64,000 bases of DNA, taken from NCBI RefSeq assembly GCF_000281045.1, contig NW_008246070.1, positions 1,100,193-1,164,192 on the forward strand, given 5' to 3'. A program made the position numbers and the translations under genes. Shown one piece after another: positions 46,216-57,846 of the stretch (within the stretch, counting starts at the first letter, position 1; every line of letters begins with the position of its first letter). Under the pieces are notes generated by a model. The model ran no database searches. It saw only the letters and a program-made list of their open reading frames with translations, and was not told the origin of the DNA. This stretch comes from Saprolegnia diclina VS20. Its lineage: Eukaryota.

Positions 46216-47774
<1,559 letters not shown>

Positions 47775-48690
47775 GGCAGCGGCGGATGAAAATCCCGAAT
47801 GACCGTGAAGTTGAAGCCACGGTATCCTGCGCGAGGTGGGACAGCGTACGTACATTGGCGTACATTTATGTACGGTCAAGTGGGTAAGCTGTTGTTATAC
47901 AATCGCGTGGGTGCAGCTGGGCAATGAACGGTACGGAACGTACGGGCATGGGTCAATGACCCATGGTACGGGACTGCGCCACAAACTTTTTCCAGCGACC
48001 GCCTCGTGGCCAAGATCGCGAATTGCGCGATCAAGGAACGTTGTCGGCAACCGTTGGCCATTGGTTGCCCGAACGACTTCAAGGCACAGCGTAATCGCAC
48101 CGTGCTAGCACTGGAGAACTATTGTGCTTCGTCTCTTGTCAGGCGGTGTATTACCGTTATTGTGCTTCGCCTCTATATGCTGGTGGTAGCACAACGAGGT
48201 CGATCGGCGGCCTTGTCGCGTTTAAGAAGGGCCTCGAAAGAATGCAGTTGGACCGTACAAGAGCCCACTTCTCCATGTCACTTACTGGCATTATCATGCA
48301 TCACCGTATTGTCGCTGAGCTGCTGTACAACAACAAGGAGGTCACCCTCCTCTACAGCCCAAGTTTGTTAGCTTCTTGCATTCATAAATGTAGCTGGCTT
48401 TGGCGTAGCGTTGGCGTCGTGCAATGTACTATACTAGGACGCTTAGTAGAACCTCTAGCATAGAGCTGGTTGCCATCAAGAGCAAGCTCACTCTTCAACA
48501 CCAGACGTTGGGAACTTAACTGAGTGGATAGGTTCGGCTCGTCTAACCGAGCGGTTGGCGGTTGGATCCGTCAGATTGCAGTTCGGGATGACTGCGGTGA
48601 CAACACCCAAGGAATGTTTGCGAAACACGCGATCGGGGAACCAGCGACCGGTCGAGAGCGACCCACTTTCGACCTTGCCGAACAAGTAGC

Positions 48691-49191
48691 ATGTCTGGCC
48701 CTGTGAACAAGCTCGGGAAACTCGTCGCCAAGATCAACAGCAGCAGCGCGCCGGCCTTTCTCCGCGAAGGCGCGCTCAGCACGGCGTTCAACGCGCAGGT
48801 CAAGATGGCCGGCGTCGCCGGTATCCACGTCGAGACGCTCACGGAGCAGAAGAGCGTCGTGTCGCTCAAGAACTCGTTCCGCGTTCAGAACCACATTGGC
48901 GGCGTCCACGCGTGTGGCATGGCGCTCCTCGCCGAGTCGGCGTCGGGCATGGTCTTTGGCATGAACGTGCGCGACTCGCACCTCCCGCTGCTCAAGTCCA
49001 TGTCGATGAGCTACGTCAAGCGCGCCAAGGGCGATCTCAAGGCTGTTGCGACGCTCACGGACGCCCAGCGCGACGAAATCGCAAAGTCGGACAAGGGCGA
49101 GGTGCTCGTGAACGTTGTTGTCACCGACTCGGCCGGCGACAGCCCCGTCGAGTGCGAAATGCGCTGGGTCTGGGTGCCCAAGCGCAAGTAG
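48691..49191 (+). CDS. Hotdog-fold PaaI/DUF4442-type thioesterase
   Basis: RVQNHIGGVHACGMALLAESASG, PLLKSMSMSYVKRAKGDLKAVATL; intronless. Confidence 0.85.
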   Translation: MSGPVNKLGKLVAKINSSSAPAFLREGALSTAFNAQVKMAGVAGIHVETLTEQKSVVSLKNSFRVQNHIGGVHACGMALLAESASGMVFGMNVRDSHLPLLKSMSMSYVKRAKGDLKAVATLTDAQRDEIAKSDKGEVLVNVVVTDSAGDSPVECEMRWVWVPKRK

Positions 49192-49393
49192 ATGCTACCA
49201 TGAGTCCTCTTTTGACTTATAATCTCTACGTGTGTTGCGTACGTCTAGCGATCTCTCGATAGCGCGACTCGGTCGGTTCACCGTCGACGTGGACAAGGCA
49301 TCACTCAATGCAAGAAGATATGTAGTATTTGTGTTATGTGTTAACAGATATGCAGCAGTACGCGGCTTCGTCTCGGCTGGTCGATACATCGTC

Positions 49394-50620
49394 TTAGCAG
49401 CGCTGGAGCACTTGGGCGCGCTGGGGCACAAAGGCCTTGCGGTGAAAGACGCCGACTTTGTCGCCGCTCTGCTCCCACTTGAGCAGCGTCGACCGGTGGC
49501 TCTCCATGACGTGCTTGACAGTCGAGAAGCCTCCAATGACCGCCTCGAGCTTGTCGCGGCTGCGAATGTCGACAAGCGTCAGACTCGGCAGCGTCAAGCA
49601 CGCGACAACAGAAGCCGACGTGAGCTTCATGCAGCCCCAGAGCCGGAGCTCCTTGAGCAACGAAAGCGATTTGGCGAGCTCCCAAATGGCCGCGTCCGTC
49701 AGTCGCCAGCATTGCGACAAGTTTAAGCTCCGGAGCTTTGGCGTGCCCGCGCAGAGCGCCGAGACAGCGGCGTCCGTCATCTTGTAGCAATAACGCAGGT
49801 TGACGTCTTCGAGCAGCGGCATGTGCTTTGCAATACAAGCCACGACACTAAGTATAAACAATAAGAAAATTTGCAGCAAGAGGCGAGATCCGCAACAGTA
49901 CCTGTCCGTCACCTTGTGGCAAAAGCGCAGGTTGAGGCGCTTCATATGGCCACAATGCGGCGCCGCGGCCTCCACGTGCGCCATTGCAACGTTGTGGCAG
50001 TTCTGGAGGCTGAGATCTTCGACGGCCGAGCCACCGACTACGTCCAAGCAAGCGCCAGTAATCGCATGGCAGCCCTGGAGGTCGAGGACGCGCAAGGTCG
50101 ACGCGTTCGCCGAGACGATCGCAGACACGGTGGCGTCGTCGATGCCAAGATCGCGGAGGCGAACTTCGCGGAGCCGCGTGCAAAACTGAGCGAGCTTTGC
50201 GATGGCCTCAACGGGCAAATTCGCGCAGCGCTCGAGACGAAGGACGACAATGTTTCGCAGCATTGCCTGGGCCTCGGCCGATTCAAAGACACTCGGGTCG
50301 ATGCCATCGCAGCCAACGAGGTGCAGCTCTTCGATGCCATGGCCAAAGCGCTGGAAGATGCTGGCCCACGTTTCCACGGTCCAGCGGCGTTCGCGGGACG
50401 ATGCGCAGAGGTACTCGGTCTTGGCCTTGCACGCATCGCAGGCGCCACAGAACGTTTGCATGCGACGCGCCAGCGGCTCGCAGGCATTCGTGCGGTTCGT
50501 GCTCAAGAAGCGCACCTTGTCGCCCACGTCGAGGTAGCCGAGGACGTGGGCGAGCGTCGCCGAGCTCAAGGCCGCGAAGCCATCGCCCTCGGCGGCGGCG
50601 GACATACGTCCGTCGCTCAT
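49394..50620 (-). CDS. F-box / cysteine-containing LRR protein (FBXL-like); one 54-nt intron
   Basis: F-box-like FAALSSATLAHVLGYLDVGDKVRFLSTNR; LRR-CC repeats LDLQGCHAIT, LNLRFCHKVTD, VNLRYCYKMTD, LNLSQCWRLTD; intron 49901-49848. Confidence 0.85.
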   Translation of the reverse strand: MSDGRMSAAAEGDGFAALSSATLAHVLGYLDVGDKVRFLSTNRTNACEPLARRMQTFCGACDACKAKTEYLCASSRERRWTVETWASIFQRFGHGIEELHLVGCDGIDPSVFESAEAQAMLRNIVVLRLERCANLPVEAIAKLAQFCTRLREVRLRDLGIDDATVSAIVSANASTLRVLDLQGCHAITGACLDVVGGSAVEDLSLQNCHNVAMAHVEAAAPHCGHMKRLNLRFCHKVTDRYCCGSRLLLQIFLLFILSVVACIAKHMPLLEDVNLRYCYKMTDAAVSALCAGTPKLRSLNLSQCWRLTDAAIWELAKSLSLLKELRLWGCMKLTSASVVACLTLPSLTLVDIRSRDKLEAVIGGFSTVKHVMESHRSTLLKWEQSGDKVGVFHRKAFVPQRAQVLQRC

Positions 50621-51379
50621 GTTGATTCTTCTTCGGTTGGTTGTCGTCAGGCGCTTACGTGTCTTGACAGGAGACGGCGCGGGTTTCGTGACTACGGGCG
50701 GTGATCCACTGGTGTTGCGGGCAGTCCTTGAGCATAAAGCAGGTAGAGACGGCGTGGGTGAGCGTTCGGAGGGTAACGCTACGACGATCTGCAGGTCTCT
50801 GCGGGAGGACCTTGGACGTGGGTAGTAGGCGGTAGGCGAACGGGCTGCGACTTGCCGCTGCTTCGTTGACTTGGAGACTGTTTACTGCCGCCGGCTCATT
50901 GGCTCATCCGTGGGACAGATTCTACCCTGTTTAAACTCCACCGACTCGATTTTATTCCATATTTATTGATACATACAAATACCAAGTAAGTTGTGCCTAA
51001 ATGAATTAAAAAGAGCCAACGATGACGACGTGCGCGTTGGCAGGCATTAATAACACGCAACTTTTCGCTCGAGAACGTGATGCGAAGGCACGGGCTGCGA
51101 CACCCACGAAGTAGCCTCGACCAAGGATCTCCTGAATGGATCGCGGAGGTCGACTTGTGACAGGCAGGAATAGATTGTCCTGCTCTACTGCAACGCTGCG
51201 CTTGCGCCTGTGTGGTTAGGATTCATTAAAGCTGCGTTTGTTTAGCCGAAAGCGTCGCGCCAAGGTCGACGTACGAAATTAAATACCGTCAACTTGGCTG
51301 TTTTATGCAATTTTTTAACCAGCTGGAAATACAGCCGGAGAGATTCCGGACCGCAACGCGATCTTCTCGAAACACAGCA

Positions 51380-52532
51380 ATGAGCGCGGACAAGCTTTTG
51401 GCCGACGTCCTCGGAGAGTACTGCCATGCGCATGAGGATGAGGCCGAGAAAGGAAGCTCATGGGCATGGAACCTAGGGACCTCCCGCGCTTCCTCAAGCA
51501 GGTGCAAGCGCTCCAGGAGAAGCATGCATCGACGACAGCAGCGTTGCACAAGCGAGATGCGCGGGTCCATGAGCTCGAGAACCAGGTCGCGGGCTTGCAA
51601 AACGACTACCTCGCCATCTCGATGGATACAACGTCCCGCGAGCATGCGAACCAGCGCCAACTTCTTCTCTCGTGTGTCCAAGCGACGACCTACGCGCTGG
51701 CCCATGGACATCAATTGAACCCGATGACGCAAGTTCCGGTGCTCCATGCGATGGACTCGTTCCTGCAAGACATGGTAACACACGGATACGTATGCAGCAG
51801 AGGTCGCAAGCGTCTTCGTTAGCTGGACTCGGACGCCGACCCGATGACGCTCAAGTGCATCGCGTCAACCCTGGGGAGCGTCCTGCACGACCCCGCGTGC
51901 TTGCTCCTGCCATCGATCCTCGCGGCCGTCGAGAGCATCTTCATCAAACTCACTCTTCTCACTGGTATCCATCACGAGCGCTCTCGGTCGAATTGCGCTC
52001 ATCTACTGCAGTCATGATTCCGTGCAGCATGCTCCAAGAACTGGTTCCGATTTTTGGCCTTATGGCCAGCAGGTATACAAGGACACATATTGCTGCAGCG
52101 TTCTACCTCCCATTATAGTTCCAGGGGCACATCGGTGCTTGTGGGCTGCAACTTGGTTGTCCCATTGCTCAAGATCATCGCCTCCGGTGCGTCGATCTTG
52201 TCGTGGCTTGTGGATTGAGCGCGGACTGTGCAGATGGACTCTGCGATACGATCGCACCTTCGGTATACGCCGCGCTCCTGGCGCTCCTCCAGCACTTACT
52301 GCAGCACACCAAGTACCACGCGCTAAAGCAGCAGCGCCACGACGCGACGTTCCACTTTTTCAAAGTGTACGGACCTCCATCTCGACGGGTTAGTCATCTC
52401 TGTGCCAGCATCACGAGCTCTCGGGACCGCAGTGTGCTCGACCTGGTGCGTCTGAGCCTATGTTTCAGTGGCATCTGAAGCAACGTGTAGGCCCGGCGTA
52501 TGCACGAAGAGTTCCGGCGGTCCCAAGCGTAG
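51380..52532 (+). CDS. Hypothetical multi-exon protein (N-terminal coiled coil, helical C-terminus)
   Basis: Spliced MSADKLLADVLGE|DLPRFLKQVQALQEKH...VHELENQVAGLQND; several short GT-AG introns; probable stop at 52530-52532. Confidence 0.55.
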
Positions 52533-52646
52533 ACCCATAGCACTCGCCCAATAGATGTTTTGGCTCGCGCGGTTCAAATTTTATCCGGATGATCCGGTCT
52601 CACACAATTGGTGGCAACACAACCGGGATTTCGCGCGACCACGGCC

Positions 52647-54725
52647 ATGTCCACAACGCCACAGGAGACCAAGCCCCAGGCGCAGGCCCAAGCGAAGAAG
52701 TCCAAGGGTAAGACACAGACCGAGAAGAAGACGCCCAAGGCGACGCCGGCAGCAAAAGAAGCATCCAAGGCCAAGGAAGCGTCCAAGCCCAAGGAAACGT
52801 CCAAGCCCAAGGAAGCGTCCAAGCCCAAGGAGGCGGCCAAGTCCAAGTTTAACAAGCCCAAACAGCCTGCTCAGGAACATACCAAGGGTAGCAAGCCGGC
52901 AGGCCACTTTAACGCGGGCAACCAGAGCAAGGGGCCGCACGCCGGCAAGAACAACCAGCAAAGCAAGCCGTTCCAGAAGCGCAAGGCGACGGATGGCGCA
53001 CAGGGCGGTCCGCCAACGAAGAAGCCGATGCAGAAGAAGCAAAAGGACAACCCGGAGACGGTCAAGCTCAACAAGGAGCTCGCGCAGTTTGCGAGCCGAA
53101 AGCAGTTTGCCGAGGCGAACGACGTGTACGACCGCGCGCGCGCCGCCAAGCTCGCCAACTCGTACACGTACGTCAACATGATGAACGTGTGCGTGCGCTG
53201 CGGAGAAATGGACGCGGCGGTCGGTGTCTTTAACGCGATGAAGACGGCTAAGATCGAGCCCGATGTCGTGGCCTACACGACGCTGCTCAAGGGTCTCTGC
53301 GGCGAAGGCAAGCTCTCGACGGCGCTCACGTATGTCAAGGAGATGGAGACGAAGCGCGTGCTTTTGAACGTCCGCACAATCAACACGCTACTCCGCGGCT
53401 GCATTCTTGTTGGCGCGGTCTCGGACGCTGAGAAGATCTTTGACGACATGCCCAAGTGGAAGGTTATCCCGGATGTGTCGACGTGGGAGTACATGATCGC
53501 CCTCTGCTGCCGCAACCTCCAGCTCAAGAAGGCACTGTCGCTCTTTGGGAAAGGTCTTATGGCGCTTGGTCAAGAAATGTCGACCAACCCGAACGTCCTC
53601 CTCAGTATTGCGCGCGCGGCCACGATCCTCGGCGACTGGACGAACGCGCAAAAGTACTTGGCGATGACGAAAGCCTGCCTCGACGCGCTTGACGCCGCCA
53701 AGGACGATCCGTCATCGGCGTCGGCGGCGGCCACGACTGCCGAGGGCGGCAAGCGTGGGTGGGGTGCGCAGTCGGAGACGCGCCAAGAGTCGCTCGTCGT
53801 GTTTCTCAAGCACCGCCGCGAAGAACTCCGGCGCGAGCTCGGTGTGATCCAAGCGTACTTTGACAGCGCCGACCAAGCTGGGTGCTGGGCCACGCTCGTG
53901 GACTTTTTCAAGCGCGTGTTCTTGATTCCGATTGCGACGACGACCGAGGACCTCCCGGCCGCCCTCGGCACGGGTGTGCTCGACACGATGGGTCTCCGAG
54001 CTATTCTCAAGAAGCACGACGCCGATCAGACAGAGGCCGTTGTCCCCGCATTCAAGTCGCTCGTTCGCGATAATGCCGTCATCCGCATGGACAAGGTCTT
54101 TGGGAAGAAGAGCACCAAGGCCATCAAGATGGAGATTTGCTCCGGCGCGGGCGAGTGGGTCGTGTCCCAGGCCAAGAAAGATCCGAACGCCAACTGGGTC
54201 GCGCTCGAGATCCGCCATGACCGCGTGTACCAGATCTTCACGCAAGCGGTTTTTGAGCGCGTGGACAACTTGTGCATTGTCGCGGGTGACGCGTCGGTGG
54301 CCGTCCCGCAGCATCTGACGCCGGGTCTTGTGGATTTCATGTTTATCAACTTTCCCGAGCCGCCGCAGCAAACCGGTGGCGACTCGTCGCAGGCCAAGCA
54401 CCTCTTGACCCAAGGCTTCTTGACCGACTGCGCGCGCTTGCTCAAGCCCAACGGTCGGCTTACGATCGTGACCGACAACAAGTGGTATGCGCAAATGCTG
54501 CTCAAGATTATCGCGCGCGTGCACGGTGTCAAGGGCGTCGTCCTCAAGAAGGCCAACGTTCTCGAGACGACCAATGGGTCGTTCCATCTGTACATGGGCG
54601 ACCCCCCGAAAGAGTGCGGCGTCGCCGACACCAAATCGTCGTCGTACTTTGACCGGCTCGCCAAGCAGGACAGCCGCCGTGCCAGCCAAGGCACGCACTA
54701 CATTTCCGTCTACAAGACGGCCTAA
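52647..54725 (+). CDS. PPR-TGM protein: pentatricopeptide repeats fused to a TrmB-like tRNA (guanine-N7) methyltransferase
   Basis: PPRs (PDVVAYTTLLKGLCGEGKLSTAL..., NVRTINTLLRGC..., PDVSTWEYMI...); MTase motifs MEICSGAGEW, VALEIR, GDA, INFPEPP, LKPNGRLTIVTD; intronless. Confidence 0.9.
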   Translation: MSTTPQETKPQAQAQAKKSKGKTQTEKKTPKATPAAKEASKAKEASKPKETSKPKEASKPKEAAKSKFNKPKQPAQEHTKGSKPAGHFNAGNQSKGPHAGKNNQQSKPFQKRKATDGAQGGPPTKKPMQKKQKDNPETVKLNKELAQFASRKQFAEANDVYDRARAAKLANSYTYVNMMNVCVRCGEMDAAVGVFNAMKTAKIEPDVVAYTTLLKGLCGEGKLSTALTYVKEMETKRVLLNVRTINTLLRGCILVGAVSDAEKIFDDMPKWKVIPDVSTWEYMIALCCRNLQLKKALSLFGKGLMALGQEMSTNPNVLLSIARAATILGDWTNAQKYLAMTKACLDALDAAKDDPSSASAAATTAEGGKRGWGAQSETRQESLVVFLKHRREELRRELGVIQAYFDSADQAGCWATLVDFFKRVFLIPIATTTEDLPAALGTGVLDTMGLRAILKKHDADQTEAVVPAFKSLVRDNAVIRMDKVFGKKSTKAIKMEICSGAGEWVVSQAKKDPNANWVALEIRHDRVYQIFTQAVFERVDNLCIVAGDASVAVPQHLTPGLVDFMFINFPEPPQQTGGDSSQAKHLLTQGFLTDCARLLKPNGRLTIVTDNKWYAQMLLKIIARVHGVKGVVLKKANVLETTNGSFHLYMGDPPKECGVADTKSSSYFDRLAKQDSRRASQGTHYISVYKTA
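52755..52844 (+). repeat. 18-bp coding minisatellite x5 (KEASKP-like)
   Basis: aaggaagcgtccaagccc units at 52755, 52773, 52791, 52809 and 52827. Confidence 0.85.
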
Positions 54726-55329
54726 AGTCTCAACAACGTCATTTGATTTTCAAACAACAGAGCAACTCCACGTGCTCGCAACCTCCCCACAACGATCGTT
54801 GCATGGTATCCTGCTAGATCTTGGGTCGACCTGTGTCTGAGTCTGGTCCTGAGCTCTACAGATACAAGGCGTGGGCATCACCCTCACCCAGATCCTGCAT
54901 TCGGCACCGCACGCTTGGTTCCATAAAGACCGTAGCCCATATGCACGCAGAGTGAAAACACATGTCGTGCAATACGTGCAGCGCGTTGTAAGGATCAGAC
55001 TTGTGCTTGGCTCAGATTTAGTATAGTCACTGAGTGTTTGGTCTGGGACGTCCGTGGTTCTAGCACCGTCGGGATCTTTGCCCCGTACACAGCGGCAATG
55101 GTGGGATTTCTAACTCGCACGAATACCGTGGCGTGGGATACCTCAGCAACCAAGTACAAAATTGTTCTGGTTTTAACACCTCCAATCTCGTCGGCCATTC
55201 GAACGCGTTCGATGGCTGCGCTGTTGCTAGCTGCGATCGAACGACCACGTGGCAATACAGAAGGGACGGACAAACCATGCGGCGGCTAGGTGTACTAGCG
55301 ACGAGCTTAGTCAAGTCTTGCGGGTGATG

Positions 55330-55343
55330 TCATTTTTCATTTT
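55330..55343 (+). promoter_or_regulatory. Oomycete INR+FPR core promoter element
   Basis: TCATTTTTCATTTT matches the oomycete consensus TCATTYYNCAWTTT, immediately upstream of the ATG at 55349. Confidence 0.65.
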
Positions 55344-55348
55344 CCAGT

Positions 55349-55735
55349 ATGCAGCTTTTGACGCTTCTCGCCGCCACGCTCGCGACCGTCCAAGCGGCCG
55401 TTCCGATCCTTGTCAACTTGGCCGTCGAGAGCCACGTCGGCGTCGACTGCCCCGGCATTCGCGGGCGGTGGCCGGCCTCGACGCTCTTTTGCGGGTCGCC
55501 CAAGCCGCCGGGGAACAACGTCTACACTCCGTCGTGCGACAAGTCGATGAGCGTGAGCTACCTCGGGAAGAAGGTGACGTGCGTCATCTCGTTCCAAGCG
55601 TCCGGTGTTGGGCTCACGAAAGGCGCGTATGTCGAGCTCGAGCCCAAGGCGTACAAGGTGCTGACGGGCACGACCAACGGCGGGCAGCTCAAGGGTGCGA
55701 CGTGCACCGGTGTCTGCAACGTTGCGCGCAACTAA
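55349..55735 (+). CDS. Small secreted Cys-rich protein, RlpA/expansin-D1 double-psi beta-barrel-like
   Basis: Signal peptide MQLLTLLAATLATVQA; 6 Cys; SCDKSMSVSYLGKKVTCVI...YVELEPKAYKVL parallels the DPBB pattern CGK.I.V.Y.GK.V...V....LDLSP.AF..L. Confidence 0.75.
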   Translation: MQLLTLLAATLATVQAAVPILVNLAVESHVGVDCPGIRGRWPASTLFCGSPKPPGNNVYTPSCDKSMSVSYLGKKVTCVISFQASGVGLTKGAYVELEPKAYKVLTGTTNGGQLKGATCTGVCNVARN

Positions 55736-55911
55736 GAACTTAGCACCATGCGTGTTGTTTTCTAGTCCCAACTTGCCACGTGTCGTGATAAACAACGAGC
55801 CATCACAATTTATCACACTTGTCGTTACGTAGTCTTATGTAAAAGGTACGAGATACGAGGTAGCAGGTGCGCAATCACTTCATCATGGCGCAAGAAGCTG
55901 CAGGGAGCGTG

Positions 55912-56445
55912 TTAGAGTCCGCTAAACTCGTCGGTGTACAAGAATTCGCTCAGTGCGGTCGTTGTCGTATCCTCGATCGGAGCCGTCGGAGGCACCATGC
56001 CGCGTGATAACAGCACATTTGTGAGCAAACCCAGCTGGGTAGTGAGCGCTGAGATGTTATTCTCCAGCGTCTCGACGCGGTGCTGGAGCTCGTGGACTTC
56101 GTTGTTGGAACTGTTATTGCTTGCCTTCATGGCCGGGTTGGTGCTTCTCGTGATGCACACCATGAGCATCGGGTCGTCGCGCTGGAAGTGGGGGTGCGTA
56201 AACTCCCACGCCGGCTCCTTCTCGATGTGCTGGTGGCGCCGGCATTTGGTGAAACCATAGAAGCGCAGTTGGCGCGCAAAGCTGCTAAAGTGGCCGTGGC
56301 GGAAGAAGCGCACGAGCATCGTCGACTCGAAGGTCTTGAGGTCGTAGATATTAAACGCACGACCGTCTGGCGTCCACGCCGCCACATCGGGTTGTGAGAC
56401 GTTGAGCATCTCGAACGTCTTTTGGAGAAAGAGCGCGGTCGCCAT
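55912..56445 (-). CDS. HSF-type DNA-binding transcription factor
   Basis: FLQKTFEML...AWTPDGRAFNIYD...FRHGHFSSFARQLRFYGFTK...WEFTHPHFQR, followed by a short leucine zipper. Confidence 0.92.
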   Translation of the reverse strand: MATALFLQKTFEMLNVSQPDVAAWTPDGRAFNIYDLKTFESTMLVRFFRHGHFSSFARQLRFYGFTKCRRHQHIEKEPAWEFTHPHFQRDDPMLMVCITRSTNPAMKASNNSSNNEVHELQHRVETLENNISALTTQLGLLTNVLLSRGMVPPTAPIEDTTTTALSEFLYTDEFSGL

Positions 56446-57846
56446 ACACTTCTGTAGCTGTGGCCGAAATGCGCACTGAAGCACTGCCCACGTCACCTAA
56501 CTGGACACAACATGTGGTGAAACGACCGTCTGTTTCAAATAAATTGGCGGTTCACAAGGCGTCGATTTTGGACTTCGGAGGAGGTGCGAACTTTAGAGGT
56601 AATTTTTATCATAGTGGCAGCGCCAGCAACAGTAATTACTTGGGTCCCTCCATCTTGGGGACCGAGGGTGTCGCACGACACCTCCGTGCAAGGGCAGATG
56701 ACTCTCATGCGTCGAAAGCGATTTGCTGGCAAAGGCTCGGAGCAACTAACTGCACGCATGTACCCGTCGCAACATGTGCCTTAGTGGACCTGGCGATCGC
56801 ACGCTCCATCTCGAGGCATCATAAATGGGCCGTACCACCAGCCTCGTGGTAAGGCCATCTTGAACTTTGGACATCTTGATGGTGTCCAGCTGCTGGAACC
56901 GGCTGCTGCTGCCTGATCGCCGACTCCGCTGCAGTTTTTTGAGAAAAGAGCGAAGATTTCATTAACCCAGCCCTATACGCGTCGCGAACTTTCGAAAATG
57001 AGGATTTGTCGGCGGTAACGTTTTGAAAAGTATTGGTCACCGCGGACCCGGGATACCATGATGCACCCATGCCCCGGCCATGGCGTTGGACACTGTCGCC
57101 TGCACGGCCTAGTATCAACTCCGGACAATTGCACCAAACGTTACTGTGAGGGACGTGACTTCGTAGGTTGTAGTCAAGAGGGCAATCATCTCGTTTGGAA
57201 AGGGACGAGGACTAGTGAGAATCCACGTTCTTCAATTTGTCGTCGTTGCTTTTGAGACGCGTATTGTGAGATAAGCCCTTTGACGATCCGACGTTGGCGC
57301 CCCTTCCAACGTTGACCAGCCCATAACGTCAGGGACAGGGGTAATTTTACCTTGGTCAACGACGAGTGGCTTCGTCGACTGTTGCACGGGGTGCATTGAG
57401 CTATGGTACGTTGCGAGCGCATGAGCTGGTGCCATGATTCAAGTTGGTGGCGAAAACTGTCAAGAGCAATCTTCAGGAAATGCACTGCCTCAGTCCTCCG
57501 TGCCCGACATTCTGTTGTCGCGTTGTGGGCCGTTCTGGTAGAGTCGCCTGTCCACATTTGGTGGTCAAAATCACATTCTGGTAGTCTGGCTGCTTCTTTT
57601 GGCAGCAAATTCAGAACGAGAACATCACACGCAAATGCTAGAGCCTGGATGTGGGAGGGATACTAGTCGTGCCATCGCTGGATCCGCGAAAGATCGACTC
57701 GCTTGCAGAGGGTCGTCGCCAAGTGCAAACCGTACTTTACCGAGCTCCATACAAATCGCAAGATGATGTCGATCAAGTGCGTGTCGGGGTTGTGACTTTT
57801 TCAACGCAACACAATCGGTCGCAAGCAGCAGCAGGAACGAAATCGG

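Noticed and set aside
56450..57840. 1.4-kb divergent intergenic region with short ORFs and a 7-bp hairpin near 57291-57312
   Set aside because: No coding bias and no tRNA/snRNA signature; the hairpin is within chance expectation.
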